Below, piece by piece: positions 8,875 through 16,305 of a stretch of DNA of 64,000 bases (the stretch's first letter is position 1; the number at the start of each line of letters is the position of its first letter). The stretch covers positions 2,282 through 66,281 of IMG/VR virus record IMGVR_UViG_3300009093_000008. One strand, 5' to 3'. The notes beneath the pieces are model-generated. The model searched no databases, was not told the origin of the DNA, and worked only from the letters and a program-made list of their open reading frames with translations. This DNA comes from a virus. A program made the translations under genes and the position numbers.

Positions 8875-9335
8875 TGGGCAAACCAGACGAGGAACGGCTG
8901 ATACGTCGCCGGACAGACGCTCTCGCCATGAAAGCTGAGTCCGCCACCTACGAACAGATAGCCGATGCCCTGGGTTACAGCAACAAGAGCCACGCCTGGA
9001 AAGACGTACAGGCCGGGCTGGAGAAGCTGCGGCAGGAGGAGCGCGAGGAGGCCGAGCGGCTGCGCGTGTTGCAGCGCATACGCCTCGAAGCGCTGCTACA
9101 GGCGGTGTGGCCACAGGCCACCGGACAGGATCCCGCACGCCCCGGCGTCAACCTGCGACACGTCGAGGTGGCGCTGAAGATCATGGAACGACAGGCCAAG
9201 AACGAGGGCTCCGACGCCCCGGTGAAGACGGACCTGACGATCAGCACCAACGTAGACGCGCGGATCGTCGAGCTGATGGAACAGCTGGGCATAACACAAG
9301 CTCCCCGGACGATCGCCGGGGAGCTTGAGGACTAG
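8874..9335 (+). CDS. terminase small subunit-like HTH protein
   Basis: HTH TYEQIADALGYSNKSHAWKDV followed by RLEALL..VWP.A...ALKIMERQAK..G.DAP, an actinophage terS-type pattern; close to terL. Confidence 0.7.
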   Translation: MGKPDEERLIRRRTDALAMKAESATYEQIADALGYSNKSHAWKDVQAGLEKLRQEEREEAERLRVLQRIRLEALLQAVWPQATGQDPARPGVNLRHVEVALKIMERQAKNEGSDAPVKTDLTISTNVDARIVELMEQLGITQAPRTIAGELED

Positions 9336-9337
9336 GT

Positions 9338-9526
9338 CTACTGTCCGCCCTTTTGCACGAACTGCTTCACGAACTCCTCGGAGTTCTTTTCCAGGACGTC
9401 ATCGATCTCGTCGAGGAAATCTAGGGCTTCGTCGGCTGCGGGGGTTTCCGGGGTGACTGACTCGGCAGTCTCGGGCTGTTCTTCCTCTTGGGAGGACTTG
9501 CCAGGCTTCACGAGCTTCTGTCCCAT
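9338..9526 (-). CDS. pup: prokaryotic ubiquitin-like protein Pup
   Basis: 62 aa, acidic disordered N-terminus, C-terminus LDFLDEIDDVLEKNSEEFVKQFVQKGGQ matching the Pup consensus; strong RBS GAAAGGAGG just upstream. Confidence 0.93.
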   Translation of the reverse strand: MGQKLVKPGKSSQEEEQPETAESVTPETPAADEALDFLDEIDDVLEKNSEEFVKQFVQKGGQ

Positions 9527-9549
9527 GAAACCTCCTTTCGGCCATGCCC

Positions 9550-9801
9550 TCAGGATGCGCTCCACGTTGGCTCGCCGTCAACCGGCGTCTTGTCTCCACT
9601 GCACACGTTCATGTGCGAGACCAGCGCCGCCATGGCCTTCTCATAGTCACTTCCTGCGCTCCGCACGAGTCCGCAGGAGTGATAGATACGGAACGCCCGA
9701 TCATGGCGTGACCAGTGGATACAGTCCAGATCGTAGCAATCCACCTTGTGAGAGACGACCTTCTCCCGACGTCGGGATGCCTCGTTGTCCTGCGTGCTCA
9801 T
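9550..9801 (-). CDS. hypothetical protein
   Basis: 83-aa ORF with ATGA overlap to the upstream gene. Confidence 0.5.
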   Translation of the reverse strand: MSTQDNEASRRREKVVSHKVDCYDLDCIHWSRHDRAFRIYHSCGLVRSAGSDYEKAMAALVSHMNVCSGDKTPVDGEPTWSAS

Positions 9802-10805
9802 CGCCGCGTCTCTCTTCCCGTAGCCCGATAGAAGGTGCGACCGCTGACCTTCAGTCTCTCCATGATCTGCTTCTCGGACAGATCACCCCGGGTGAAGAGG
9901 ATCCGGGCCGCCTCGTCCCGCTCGGCGCGGGTGAACCCTTCGGGTCGCTTGCCCTCCATGAGCCGTTCGACAACCACCCGGTCAGGCTCATCGGATTCAC
10001 ACTCCGCAGCCATCACGACAGGCACGCCGGACCCCAGAGTGCCCGGGTCATCCCAGGAAGCAGGGGTACCCCAGCCCTCCCTCTCGGCCCGTCTCCGCGC
10101 CGAGGTGACGGCCGCCTTCTCCCGGTCACCAATCGGAGTCGGAGGCGTGTCGCCGATCTTGTCGTACAGCTCGGCCACAGCTACCGCCGTCTCCAGATAC
10201 ACGCGCTCCACCTGACCGTTGACTACCTTGTGCAAGGGGCCACCGCCGTTCAGCGGCCTACGCCCGATCATCTCAACCAAGGTATTGACCGGATAGCCAA
10301 GGGCAACCAGCGAACGGAGACGGTACCTGGTCAGGTCAGCCGGAACGTAATCCTGGCTATGCCGCTGCATTACCTCGTCCCCAGTGATTGCCAAGATGGC
10401 GTCGCCCGTTCGAGCCTGAACACGAGGAGGCGGAGGAATGCGTCCCGCCTCACCATCGCTGCGGCCGGTCAAGATTCGCAACAGGCTACGTACGTGGATA
10501 CCCGAAACCCGCGCCTGCGAAGGCAGCCCCATCCCCTTGACGTCCCGCAACCAAATCATATGCTCGCGGATCACGTCGCCGTCATGCATCGGACGCGAAC
10601 GCAACTTCGCGAGCTTGTGCGTCCTGTAGCGCTCCCGGTAGCAGCGAGCGCAGCGGCAACCCGCCGAATAGGTGGCGGAGAATCCGTGGCGCCGCCGGTA
10701 CACCCTGCCGTACTGGTCTGGTAGACGTATGTACGTCTCGTCATTCTCGACGGCGTCCGTGGGGATGCCGTTCTCGTCCCACGTTCGCTCACTCGGCTTC
10801 GTCAT
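9798..10805 (-). CDS. multi-HTH DNA-binding protein with HG..Y..GCRC..C motif
   Basis: CRC motif plus HTH-like segments and a C-terminal SEKQIMERLKVSGRTFYR HTH; common next to actinophage replication genes. Confidence 0.7.
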   Translation of the reverse strand: MTKPSERTWDENGIPTDAVENDETYIRLPDQYGRVYRRRHGFSATYSAGCRCARCYRERYRTHKLAKLRSRPMHDGDVIREHMIWLRDVKGMGLPSQARVSGIHVRSLLRILTGRSDGEAGRIPPPPRVQARTGDAILAITGDEVMQRHSQDYVPADLTRYRLRSLVALGYPVNTLVEMIGRRPLNGGGPLHKVVNGQVERVYLETAVAVAELYDKIGDTPPTPIGDREKAAVTSARRRAEREGWGTPASWDDPGTLGSGVPVVMAAECESDEPDRVVVERLMEGKRPEGFTRAERDEAARILFTRGDLSEKQIMERLKVSGRTFYRATGRETRR

Positions 10806-11241
10806 CTTCGCTCCTAGGCAGAACGGCTATACCGTCCGCATCCGCGAGCCGGTGGTTCGAATGCACGTGAACCGGGACTTCCCACGGAAACAGCCACGAA
10901 TGGACGAGCAGGCCATCCTCATAGGCTTCGGAGCGGTGCGACTCAACCCAGCCGTGACAGCCGGTCGTGCCAGTGCCGCACAGCAACAGCAGATTAGACA
11001 TGTCATTGATCCACGGGTTCTTAGTCCCGCCCATGCCGCGCGGCATCCGATGGTGGATCGAGAAGGCGCCACCGCCGACGATGTAAATTCCGCACCGCTC
11101 ACACTTGTCATCAGCCCGCGTCCACACATCTATGCGCGTCTCAACGGCAGGACCCGTGTTCTTCTTCTTCGGCTTGATTCGGTTTCGTTGGAGCCTGGTC
11201 TTACGCTGCATCGGGACCTTGCGCCTCCAGGGCTTGTCCAT
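10789..11241 (-). CDS. HNH endonuclease
   Basis: CERCG...HHR.PRGMGG...NLLLLCG.GTTGCHGWVE; AGGAGG RBS. Confidence 0.85.
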   Translation of the reverse strand: MDKPWRRKVPMQRKTRLQRNRIKPKKKNTGPAVETRIDVWTRADDKCERCGIYIVGGGAFSIHHRMPRGMGGTKNPWINDMSNLLLLCGTGTTGCHGWVESHRSEAYEDGLLVHSWLFPWEVPVHVHSNHRLADADGIAVLPRSEDDEAE

Positions 11242-11629
11242 CGTCCTCCTTGGCCAACTGCCGCCGTAGTCGTGGAGTGAACACCATACCACCGGCTACG
11301 CCACTGAAGGCCACATCTTGTTCTGCCCACCGGAAGCAGTTCGCCAGAACCGGGCAACGGCGACAGGATTCCAGAGCTTTCCCAATGGACTGCTCATCGT
11401 TGGTCACCCAAAAGACGGTGGTCTTGTCGCCGAGACACGCGGCCTCTTCATGCCAGTCCGGGTTGTCCGGGACGCTAAGCGGGGAATGCTCCCGCTTGTC
11501 TCCGCCGGGACACTCAGCCCCCTTAGCCTTATGGTACGGCAACACTGGGGTGGGTGACCGGAACCACCCGTCGCACCAGGCGCAACGCCTAGGCTGACGG
11601 GTGGGATACCGGGGAGGCTTACCGGCCAT
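11201..11629 (-). CDS. whiB: WhiB family transcription factor with N-terminal extension
   Basis: W.EEAAC...C..CPV...C...GVAGG: four-Cys WhiB pattern. Confidence 0.85.
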   Translation of the reverse strand: MAGKPPRYPTRQPRRCAWCDGWFRSPTPVLPYHKAKGAECPGGDKREHSPLSVPDNPDWHEEAACLGDKTTVFWVTNDEQSIGKALESCRRCPVLANCFRWAEQDVAFSGVAGGMVFTPRLRRQLAKEDDGQALEAQGPDAA

Positions 11630-11813
11630 GGCAGCAGCCGGGGCGCCAGCCGCCGGTCACCTTGTCGGATAGCCGACGCTTAGGCGGCCGGAACATCCCA
11701 AACGGAACGTCATCCACATCACAGGCCTGATACGGAGACTCAGGCTCGGGTGCGATGAACACCGTGGGCCCCGTTGGTGTCCCGTAGGTGGGTTCCGGCT
11801 TGAAGTACCTCAC
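11619..11813 (-). CDS. hypothetical protein
   Basis: 64-aa ORF overlapping both neighbours. Confidence 0.45.
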   Translation of the reverse strand: MRYFKPEPTYGTPTGPTVFIAPEPESPYQACDVDDVPFGMFRPPKRRLSDKVTGGWRPGCCHGR

Positions 11814-12337
11814 GATGAGCCCCCGAGTTCGTTCCAGACGCTGACCCGTTGCGGGTCCTCGTAGTCAGCCTGCTGAGACATCCGCTTGTGCTTCTGGAAG
11901 TCCTGGCCCTGAAGCCTGGCCATCCACTGCAACCGTGACTCGCCCTTGGACGAAACCCGATCGGGGTGACACGTCGGGCAGTGCTTCACGGCGCCGCCGT
12001 ACGAGAGCGGGAGGCCCTTCACCTCGATCATCCCGTGATCGCAGGGGGCTGTATGCGTACACGAACAGCTCGGGCGACCACAATGGTTCTCGACGTTGGG
12101 AGCGAACGACGGGGCGCTAGCCTGACGGCGGACCTTGATCTGCTCCATGACGACGCCGGGCGCCATCGTCGGGTAGTGCCACGCCGGAGCCACGTCGAGG
12201 AGGGCCGAGCGGACTTCGATGTAAGTGTTCTTCTTAAACACCTCAAGCCACATGTTCGTCATGGCGTTGGTGGGTACCTGGGTGGGACAGATCGCCGCGA
12301 CCATGCCGAGCAACTGCTCGGTTTCCCTGCGATTCAC
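11810..12337 (-). CDS. replicative helicase loader/inhibitor-like protein
   Basis: N-terminal MNRRETEQLL.MVAA...W...pattern; directly after the replication initiator (GTGA overlap). Confidence 0.55.
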   Translation of the reverse strand: MNRRETEQLLGMVAAICPTQVPTNAMTNMWLEVFKKNTYIEVRSALLDVAPAWHYPTMAPGVVMEQIKVRRQASAPSFAPNVENHCGRPSCSCTHTAPCDHGMIEVKGLPLSYGGAVKHCPTCHPDRVSSKGESRLQWMARLQGQDFQKHKRMSQQADYEDPQRVSVWNELGGSS

Positions 12338-13377
12338 TCCGGCTCCTCGTTCCCGAACCAGTCGGCTTCCCAAGCCTCCTGGGACATCCAGTCTGGTTTT
12401 CCTGTCGTCTTCCCCGCCGCCGTCGCCTGCTGCTTCTCACCTTCGAGGTCATCATCCCACGACCCGCGATTGATCCACGTGGCGGGGTGCGGAATGAACC
12501 TGACTTCACGGTTGGTAGCCTTGCAGAGGTCACCATAGCACACGGCCGCCTCCGAGAGTCGGCTAGGGCTGGCGCCAGCTCGGATGGCCTTCGTCCAGTT
12601 CCGCAGTGCGTCGGCCTTGCCGATCTTGCGAGGGTAGTTGATCCAGAACTGTTCGAACTCGGGGGGGTAGTTTCCATTCCCCTTCCTAGTTCCACTTCCC
12701 TTACCTTTCCCTTCCTCCTGGGAATAGTCTGGGAACAGTCCCGGACCGTTCTGGGAATTACCCGAACCAGCAGGTGGGGGGCTGTCACCCCTAGCCTTGT
12801 TACAGTGGATGTGCGCGGTTTTGATGTTTGACGGGTAGTCAGAACCTCCGCGTGAACGTGGGATGAGGTGGTCGGGTGACGGGTCGTTTTCCGGCTGCGG
12901 AGCGTCAGGGGCGTACTGCGGAGAGTCATGATCGTAGACGTTGCCAACTAGGGCGCGGCTTTCGTTGGTGGGGGCGCCGCAGATGTGACACATGTAGCCA
13001 TCTCGGCGAAAATACATCTCGCGGTTGTCCCGATTGCTCAAGGACGGGGGCGCCAGACGCCCCGGCTGGGGCTTGTCGATCCGCTGGTGCTTACGGAAGT
13101 TTACGATGTAGACGGCGCGCTCTTGAGCCCGCCCCGCACGGTAGGCGTGGACGAGTTCCGCTTTCTCCAGCGCCTCCATCCAGTCGGCCACTTGAGACAG
13201 CGTGTGGTCATCGTACACAAAGGCCTTGGCCTTCATGTACTCCGGAGTCCACCGCAACAACCCCTCGTCATCGGCCACGTTCCAGGCCGCTATGAACAGC
13301 AGCCGGGCCCCGAGAGGGAGGGCGCCTATCGTCTCGTCTTCCCAGAACTCCGGCTTGATGGTGCGGATTCGGCTCAT
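12334..13377 (-). CDS. phage replication initiator with internal HNH domain
   Basis: N-terminal RIRTIKPEFW.DE; internal RDGYMCHICG..DHLIPRSRGG...N...H..CN; C-terminal FEQFWINYPRKIGK...PHPATWIN. Confidence 0.8.
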   Translation of the reverse strand: MSRIRTIKPEFWEDETIGALPLGARLLFIAAWNVADDEGLLRWTPEYMKAKAFVYDDHTLSQVADWMEALEKAELVHAYRAGRAQERAVYIVNFRKHQRIDKPQPGRLAPPSLSNRDNREMYFRRDGYMCHICGAPTNESRALVGNVYDHDSPQYAPDAPQPENDPSPDHLIPRSRGGSDYPSNIKTAHIHCNKARGDSPPPAGSGNSQNGPGLFPDYSQEEGKGKGSGTRKGNGNYPPEFEQFWINYPRKIGKADALRNWTKAIRAGASPSRLSEAAVCYGDLCKATNREVRFIPHPATWINRGSWDDDLEGEKQQATAAGKTTGKPDWMSQEAWEADWFGNEEPE

Positions 13378-13414
13378 TCGCAGCTCCCTAGCGGAACGGT
13401 CTTGGAACTATCCC

Positions 13415-13424
13415 ATGCTACACT
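13415..13424. promoter_or_regulatory. divergent promoter pair between replication (-) and recombination (+) operons, putative
   Basis: TGC-TACACT (+, extended -10, hexamer 13419-13424) overlaps TAGCAT (-, 13420-13415) at the strand switch. Confidence 0.5.
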
Positions 13425-13449
13425 GACCGAACCACCGAAGGGAGCACAC

Positions 13450-13644
13450 ATGGAGAACACGCCCGTCACCGCAAAATGCGGTTGCGTCCTCATCATCGGC
13501 GAGGTCGGTGTGCCGCTGCACATCCGGGAAGACGGCACTACGGTCGGTACAGATGCCCTGGTCAGAGTGTCGTGGTGCAACGAACACGCCCCGGCAGATG
13601 AGAAGCTGCACAAGTACAGCGTCCAGCCGAAGGAACCGGCGTGA
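13450..13644 (+). CDS. hypothetical protein
   Basis: MENTPVTAKCGC...; GAAGGGAG RBS; GTGA-coupled to the SSAP gene. Confidence 0.65.
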   Translation: MENTPVTAKCGCVLIIGEVGVPLHIREDGTTVGTDALVRVSWCNEHAPADEKLHKYSVQPKEPA

Positions 13645-14327
13645 ACCGGCGCGCCCTCAGCCCGGCGCAGATGGAGCAGCTGCTCACCCCGATGCAGCGG
13701 GACCGCGTCCGGTTCCTGAAGAGTCAGGCCCATCTGGAGTCCTGGGACGTCCGTCGCTGGCTGATCCGAATCTTCGGGTTCGACGGGTGGGATTTCCGCA
13801 TCCTGGAAACAGCGCTCGTATATGAGCGCGTCACCTACGCCACGAAGGACAACGTCGAGAAGCCTCGCGCTACAGTGGTGTACCGTGTGACTGGTCAGCT
13901 CACGGTCAAGTTCGCTGATGGTAGTTTCGGGGTGTGGGAAGACGGCGCAGCCGGGGATGCGGTGAACCTGCCGAGCGTGGGATCCGCGCATGACTTCGCG
14001 CTCAAGACTGCCATGTCTCAGGCTCTCAAGCGTTGTGCAGTGAACCTCGGCGACCAGTTCGGTCTGTCGCTTTACAACAAGGGCAAGCCTTCGGAAGCCG
14101 TGGTGGTCCGGGTCATGAACAACGGCGCAGACAAGGAACCGATGCCGAAGGATCGGGCCGTTGTGGCGGGTGAGTTGGATCCGCCCGAGGTGGAAGACGT
14201 TGCGGCGGATCAGGATTTGGCCGCCGAGATGGCGCCCGCCGACCCTGCCGAGATCGAGGAACAGATCCGCAAACTACAGAAGGAATACAGTGCGGCGTAT
14301 AGCGAAGAGGAGAACAAGGATGTCTAA
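13641..14327 (+). CDS. Rad52/Rad22-family single-strand annealing protein
   Basis: IFGFDGW...A.K.A.SQALKRCAVNLGDQFGLSLY motif; acidic C-terminal tail. Confidence 0.9.
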   Translation: MNRRALSPAQMEQLLTPMQRDRVRFLKSQAHLESWDVRRWLIRIFGFDGWDFRILETALVYERVTYATKDNVEKPRATVVYRVTGQLTVKFADGSFGVWEDGAAGDAVNLPSVGSAHDFALKTAMSQALKRCAVNLGDQFGLSLYNKGKPSEAVVVRVMNNGADKEPMPKDRAVVAGELDPPEVEDVAADQDLAAEMAPADPAEIEEQIRKLQKEYSAAYSEEENKDV

Positions 14328-14547
14328 CGGAGTGCACACCCCCTACGAGCCGATCCCCTGTGCAGCACACAGGGACTACCACACGTGGCAACTGGAATGC
14401 TACCGCGCATGGCTGGCCTGGCTTGACGAGTACTGCGACCTTCGGCCCACCCCCGAACACCCGTACCTCGCCCCGACCGAAGCGCTCTGGCGCAAGTGGC
14501 ACCTGCACGTCGAGCAGCTCATGGCTAAGGAGATGGTGAATGGTTGA
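14320..14547 (+). CDS. hypothetical protein
   Basis: MSNGVHTPY...; overlaps both neighbours, AGGAG RBS. Confidence 0.55.
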   Translation: MSNGVHTPYEPIPCAAHRDYHTWQLECYRAWLAWLDEYCDLRPTPEHPYLAPTEALWRKWHLHVEQLMAKEMVNG

Positions 14548-15433
14548 ACCGCCGCTCATCTCCAGCCTGCTGCTGCTCGGAGATCAGGAACGTCCGCGCA
14601 GTAAGCAGGTAGCCCCCGGTCCCAGTGATCTCGGGGGCTGTCGGCGTCGGTTCGGGTACAAGGCTGCCGGGGTCGAGCCGTGCAACCCTACAAGCTCCAT
14701 CCAGGCCGCTATGGGTACGGCTATCCATGAGACGGTCGCGCGGACCGTGCAGAAGCTGAACAAGCCTGGGTGGCTCGTAGAGCAGAAGGTCACGCTTGCC
14801 GGGATCAGCGGCACCTTCGACCTGTATGTGCCGAGCACGGTCATCGACTGGAAGACCACCAACACCAACGGTGCGAAGACGATCGGGGTTCACGGGCCGT
14901 ATCTGAGCCAGCTCTGGCAAGTCCATCTCTACGGCGCGGCTGCCGTTGCGACGCTCGGCGTGCAGGTCGAGCGGGTGCGGTTGAACTACATCGTCCGGGA
15001 CTCCGGGGCCGAGGTCATCTACGATGCGGCCCTCGATTTGAATCTTGTGAGGGATGCGCTAAAGTGGGCGCATGACATCAAGATCATGGACCTTGACGAC
15101 CTACCCAGGGACTACGCGCCCGACTCGGTGTTCTGTAGGGGCTGCCCCTATGGTGGAGACGACGGCGGGATATGCTGGGACGGTGGAGTGCCGGACCGGG
15201 ATCCTCGTTCCGTGGAGTATCACGGCAATCTAGAGGAACTGGTCGAAGAACTCTACAACGTACGGCAGACCATTAAAACCCTGAGGGAACGAGAGGCGAA
15301 CTTGAAGGGTACGCTCTCGGCCGTAGAGCCGGACGACGATACGGTTATCGTTGCTGGTTCCCGTGCGATACAGTGGAAGGGTAGCAACAGGGCCCTGACG
15401 TTCGTTCCCCCACCCCAAGGACCCTCTTCCTAG
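14540..15433 (+). CDS. PD-(D/E)XK (Cas4/RecB-like) exonuclease
   Basis: GPSDLGGCRRR, GTAIHE, GTFDLY...VIDWKT, Q..LY and FC..CPY. Confidence 0.88.
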   Translation: MVEPPLISSLLLLGDQERPRSKQVAPGPSDLGGCRRRFGYKAAGVEPCNPTSSIQAAMGTAIHETVARTVQKLNKPGWLVEQKVTLAGISGTFDLYVPSTVIDWKTTNTNGAKTIGVHGPYLSQLWQVHLYGAAAVATLGVQVERVRLNYIVRDSGAEVIYDAALDLNLVRDALKWAHDIKIMDLDDLPRDYAPDSVFCRGCPYGGDDGGICWDGGVPDRDPRSVEYHGNLEELVEELYNVRQTIKTLREREANLKGTLSAVEPDDDTVIVAGSRAIQWKGSNRALTFVPPPQGPSS

Positions 15434-15503
15434 TAGGCCCGATCCCTCTTGCTAGGAAGAGGACAGAGCCCGCGCTGTAGGTGGCAGCGGCAGTGGCTCC
15501 GCG

Positions 15504-15534
15504 AAGCCCCCGACTTGACCAGTCGGGGGCTTAG
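15504..15534 (+). terminator. intrinsic terminator-like hairpin
   Basis: AAGCCCCCGACT-tgacc-AGTCGGGGGCTT, perfect 12-bp stem after the exonuclease gene. Confidence 0.65.
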
Positions 15535-15567
15535 TGTTGCCACGGCCTCTGTTGTGGACTACGGTTG

Positions 15568-15786
15568 ATGGGACGAAGCAAAATTCATGGGCTCCCTAGG
15601 GAGATGGTCCACATGAGCCCGAAGATGTACAAAGGCCGCCACGTCCGTCTGGAAGACGGAACGGGCGGTCTTGTGTTTTCTGCCGATCAGGTCGACGAGG
15701 TGGTCTTTCTGACCGTCGAGACTGCCGGGGGCGGCATGGTACGCGTCGAGATCGAGCACGCCGAGGTGATTACGCCGAACGGGTGA
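15568..15786 (+). CDS. hypothetical small protein
   Basis: About 72-aa ORF (start uncertain) with phage-like codon usage. Confidence 0.5.
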   Translation: MGRSKIHGLPREMVHMSPKMYKGRHVRLEDGTGGLVFSADQVDEVVFLTVETAGGGMVRVEIEHAEVITPNG

Positions 15787-15812
15787 ACTTGAGCGGGGTC
15801 CCCCTTGACCGC

Positions 15813-15840
15813 TTGACAACCCCCCACGATTTGGTATCTT
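15813..15840 (+). promoter_or_regulatory. SigA/HrdB-type promoter
   Basis: TTGACA (15813-15818), 16-nt spacer ending in TGG (extended -10), TATCTT (15835-15840). Confidence 0.75.
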
Positions 15841-15844
15841 AGAA

Positions 15845-16075
15845 GTAGAGGGAAACCCACCGGGGACTCGGAGCAAGTGGAGGCCGAGGAAGCGGAAAGG
15901 TCCCGAGGTCACCGGAAGCCTTGTCAACCGGGAAGCAAGATCCGAAAGGGATCTTGGAGAACCACCCCAAAGCCGCGTAGTGCAGGGTGAGCAACCGACC
16001 CCAGAGGCCGCGAGACAGAGAGCCATCCCGAAAGGGCCGTGAAACTGTCCCTCCCCCGCACTACGCTCCACTACA
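15845..16075 (+). ncRNA. candidate structured non-coding RNA / long 5' leader
   Basis: No convincing ORF; starts right after the promoter; several helices with GAAA tetraloops and 9-bp long-range pairing 15975-15983 / 16058-16066. Confidence 0.55.
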
Positions 16076-16095
16076 CAGCACCAAGAGGGGCAGTC

Positions 16096-16200
16096 ATGAC
16101 CAACAGGACCAGTAAGCACAGGGGCGAAAAGAAGGACATCCGCACCTCGGCGGCGATCGCCAGGATCATCGCCCGTAGCCACGAAGACGGAGGCAACTGA
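16096..16200 (+). CDS. small basic peptide (34 aa)
   Basis: MTNRTSKHRGEKKDIRTSAAIARIIARSHEDGGN; AAGAGGGG RBS. Confidence 0.45.
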   Translation: MTNRTSKHRGEKKDIRTSAAIARIIARSHEDGGN

Positions 16201-16236
16201 CAACTGAACGAAACGACCGGCCCTCGCGGGCCGCGT

Positions 16237-16305
16237 GGCACGTAGTATCCAGGATGACTAGCGGACACCCGCTGAAGCCGGGTTCGATTCCCGGTCGTGC
16301 CTCTA
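16237..16305 (+). ncRNA. tRNA-like element with abnormal anticodon arm
   Basis: GGCACG/CGTGCC acceptor-like stem; canonical T arm CCGGG-TTCGATT-CCCGG; AGCGG-acac-CCGCT arm with only a 4-nt loop. Confidence 0.55.

Noticed and set aside
9338-9565. 75-aa version of the Pup ORF from the ORF track
   Set aside because: The strong RBS lies directly before ATG 9526, which gives a canonical Pup length of 62 aa.
14540-15433. Cas4-like nuclease as evidence of a CRISPR-Cas system
   Set aside because: No repeat-spacer array or other cas genes seen; it pairs with a Rad52-like SSAP as a typical phage recombination module.
15423-15462. 11-bp inverted repeat (CCTCTTCCTAG / CTAGGAAGAGG) as a mobile-element end
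   Set aside because: No transposase or target duplication; more simply an RNA hairpin at the end of the exonuclease gene.
15845-16075. RNase P RNA, hammerhead ribozyme or group I intron
   Set aside because: Lacks the GAGGAAAGTCC RNase P signature and the CTGANGA hammerhead core, and does not interrupt a gene.
16237-16305. Functional decoding tRNA
   Set aside because: Anticodon loop is only 4 nt, the acceptor stem is irregular and there is no CCA; reported as tRNA-like instead.
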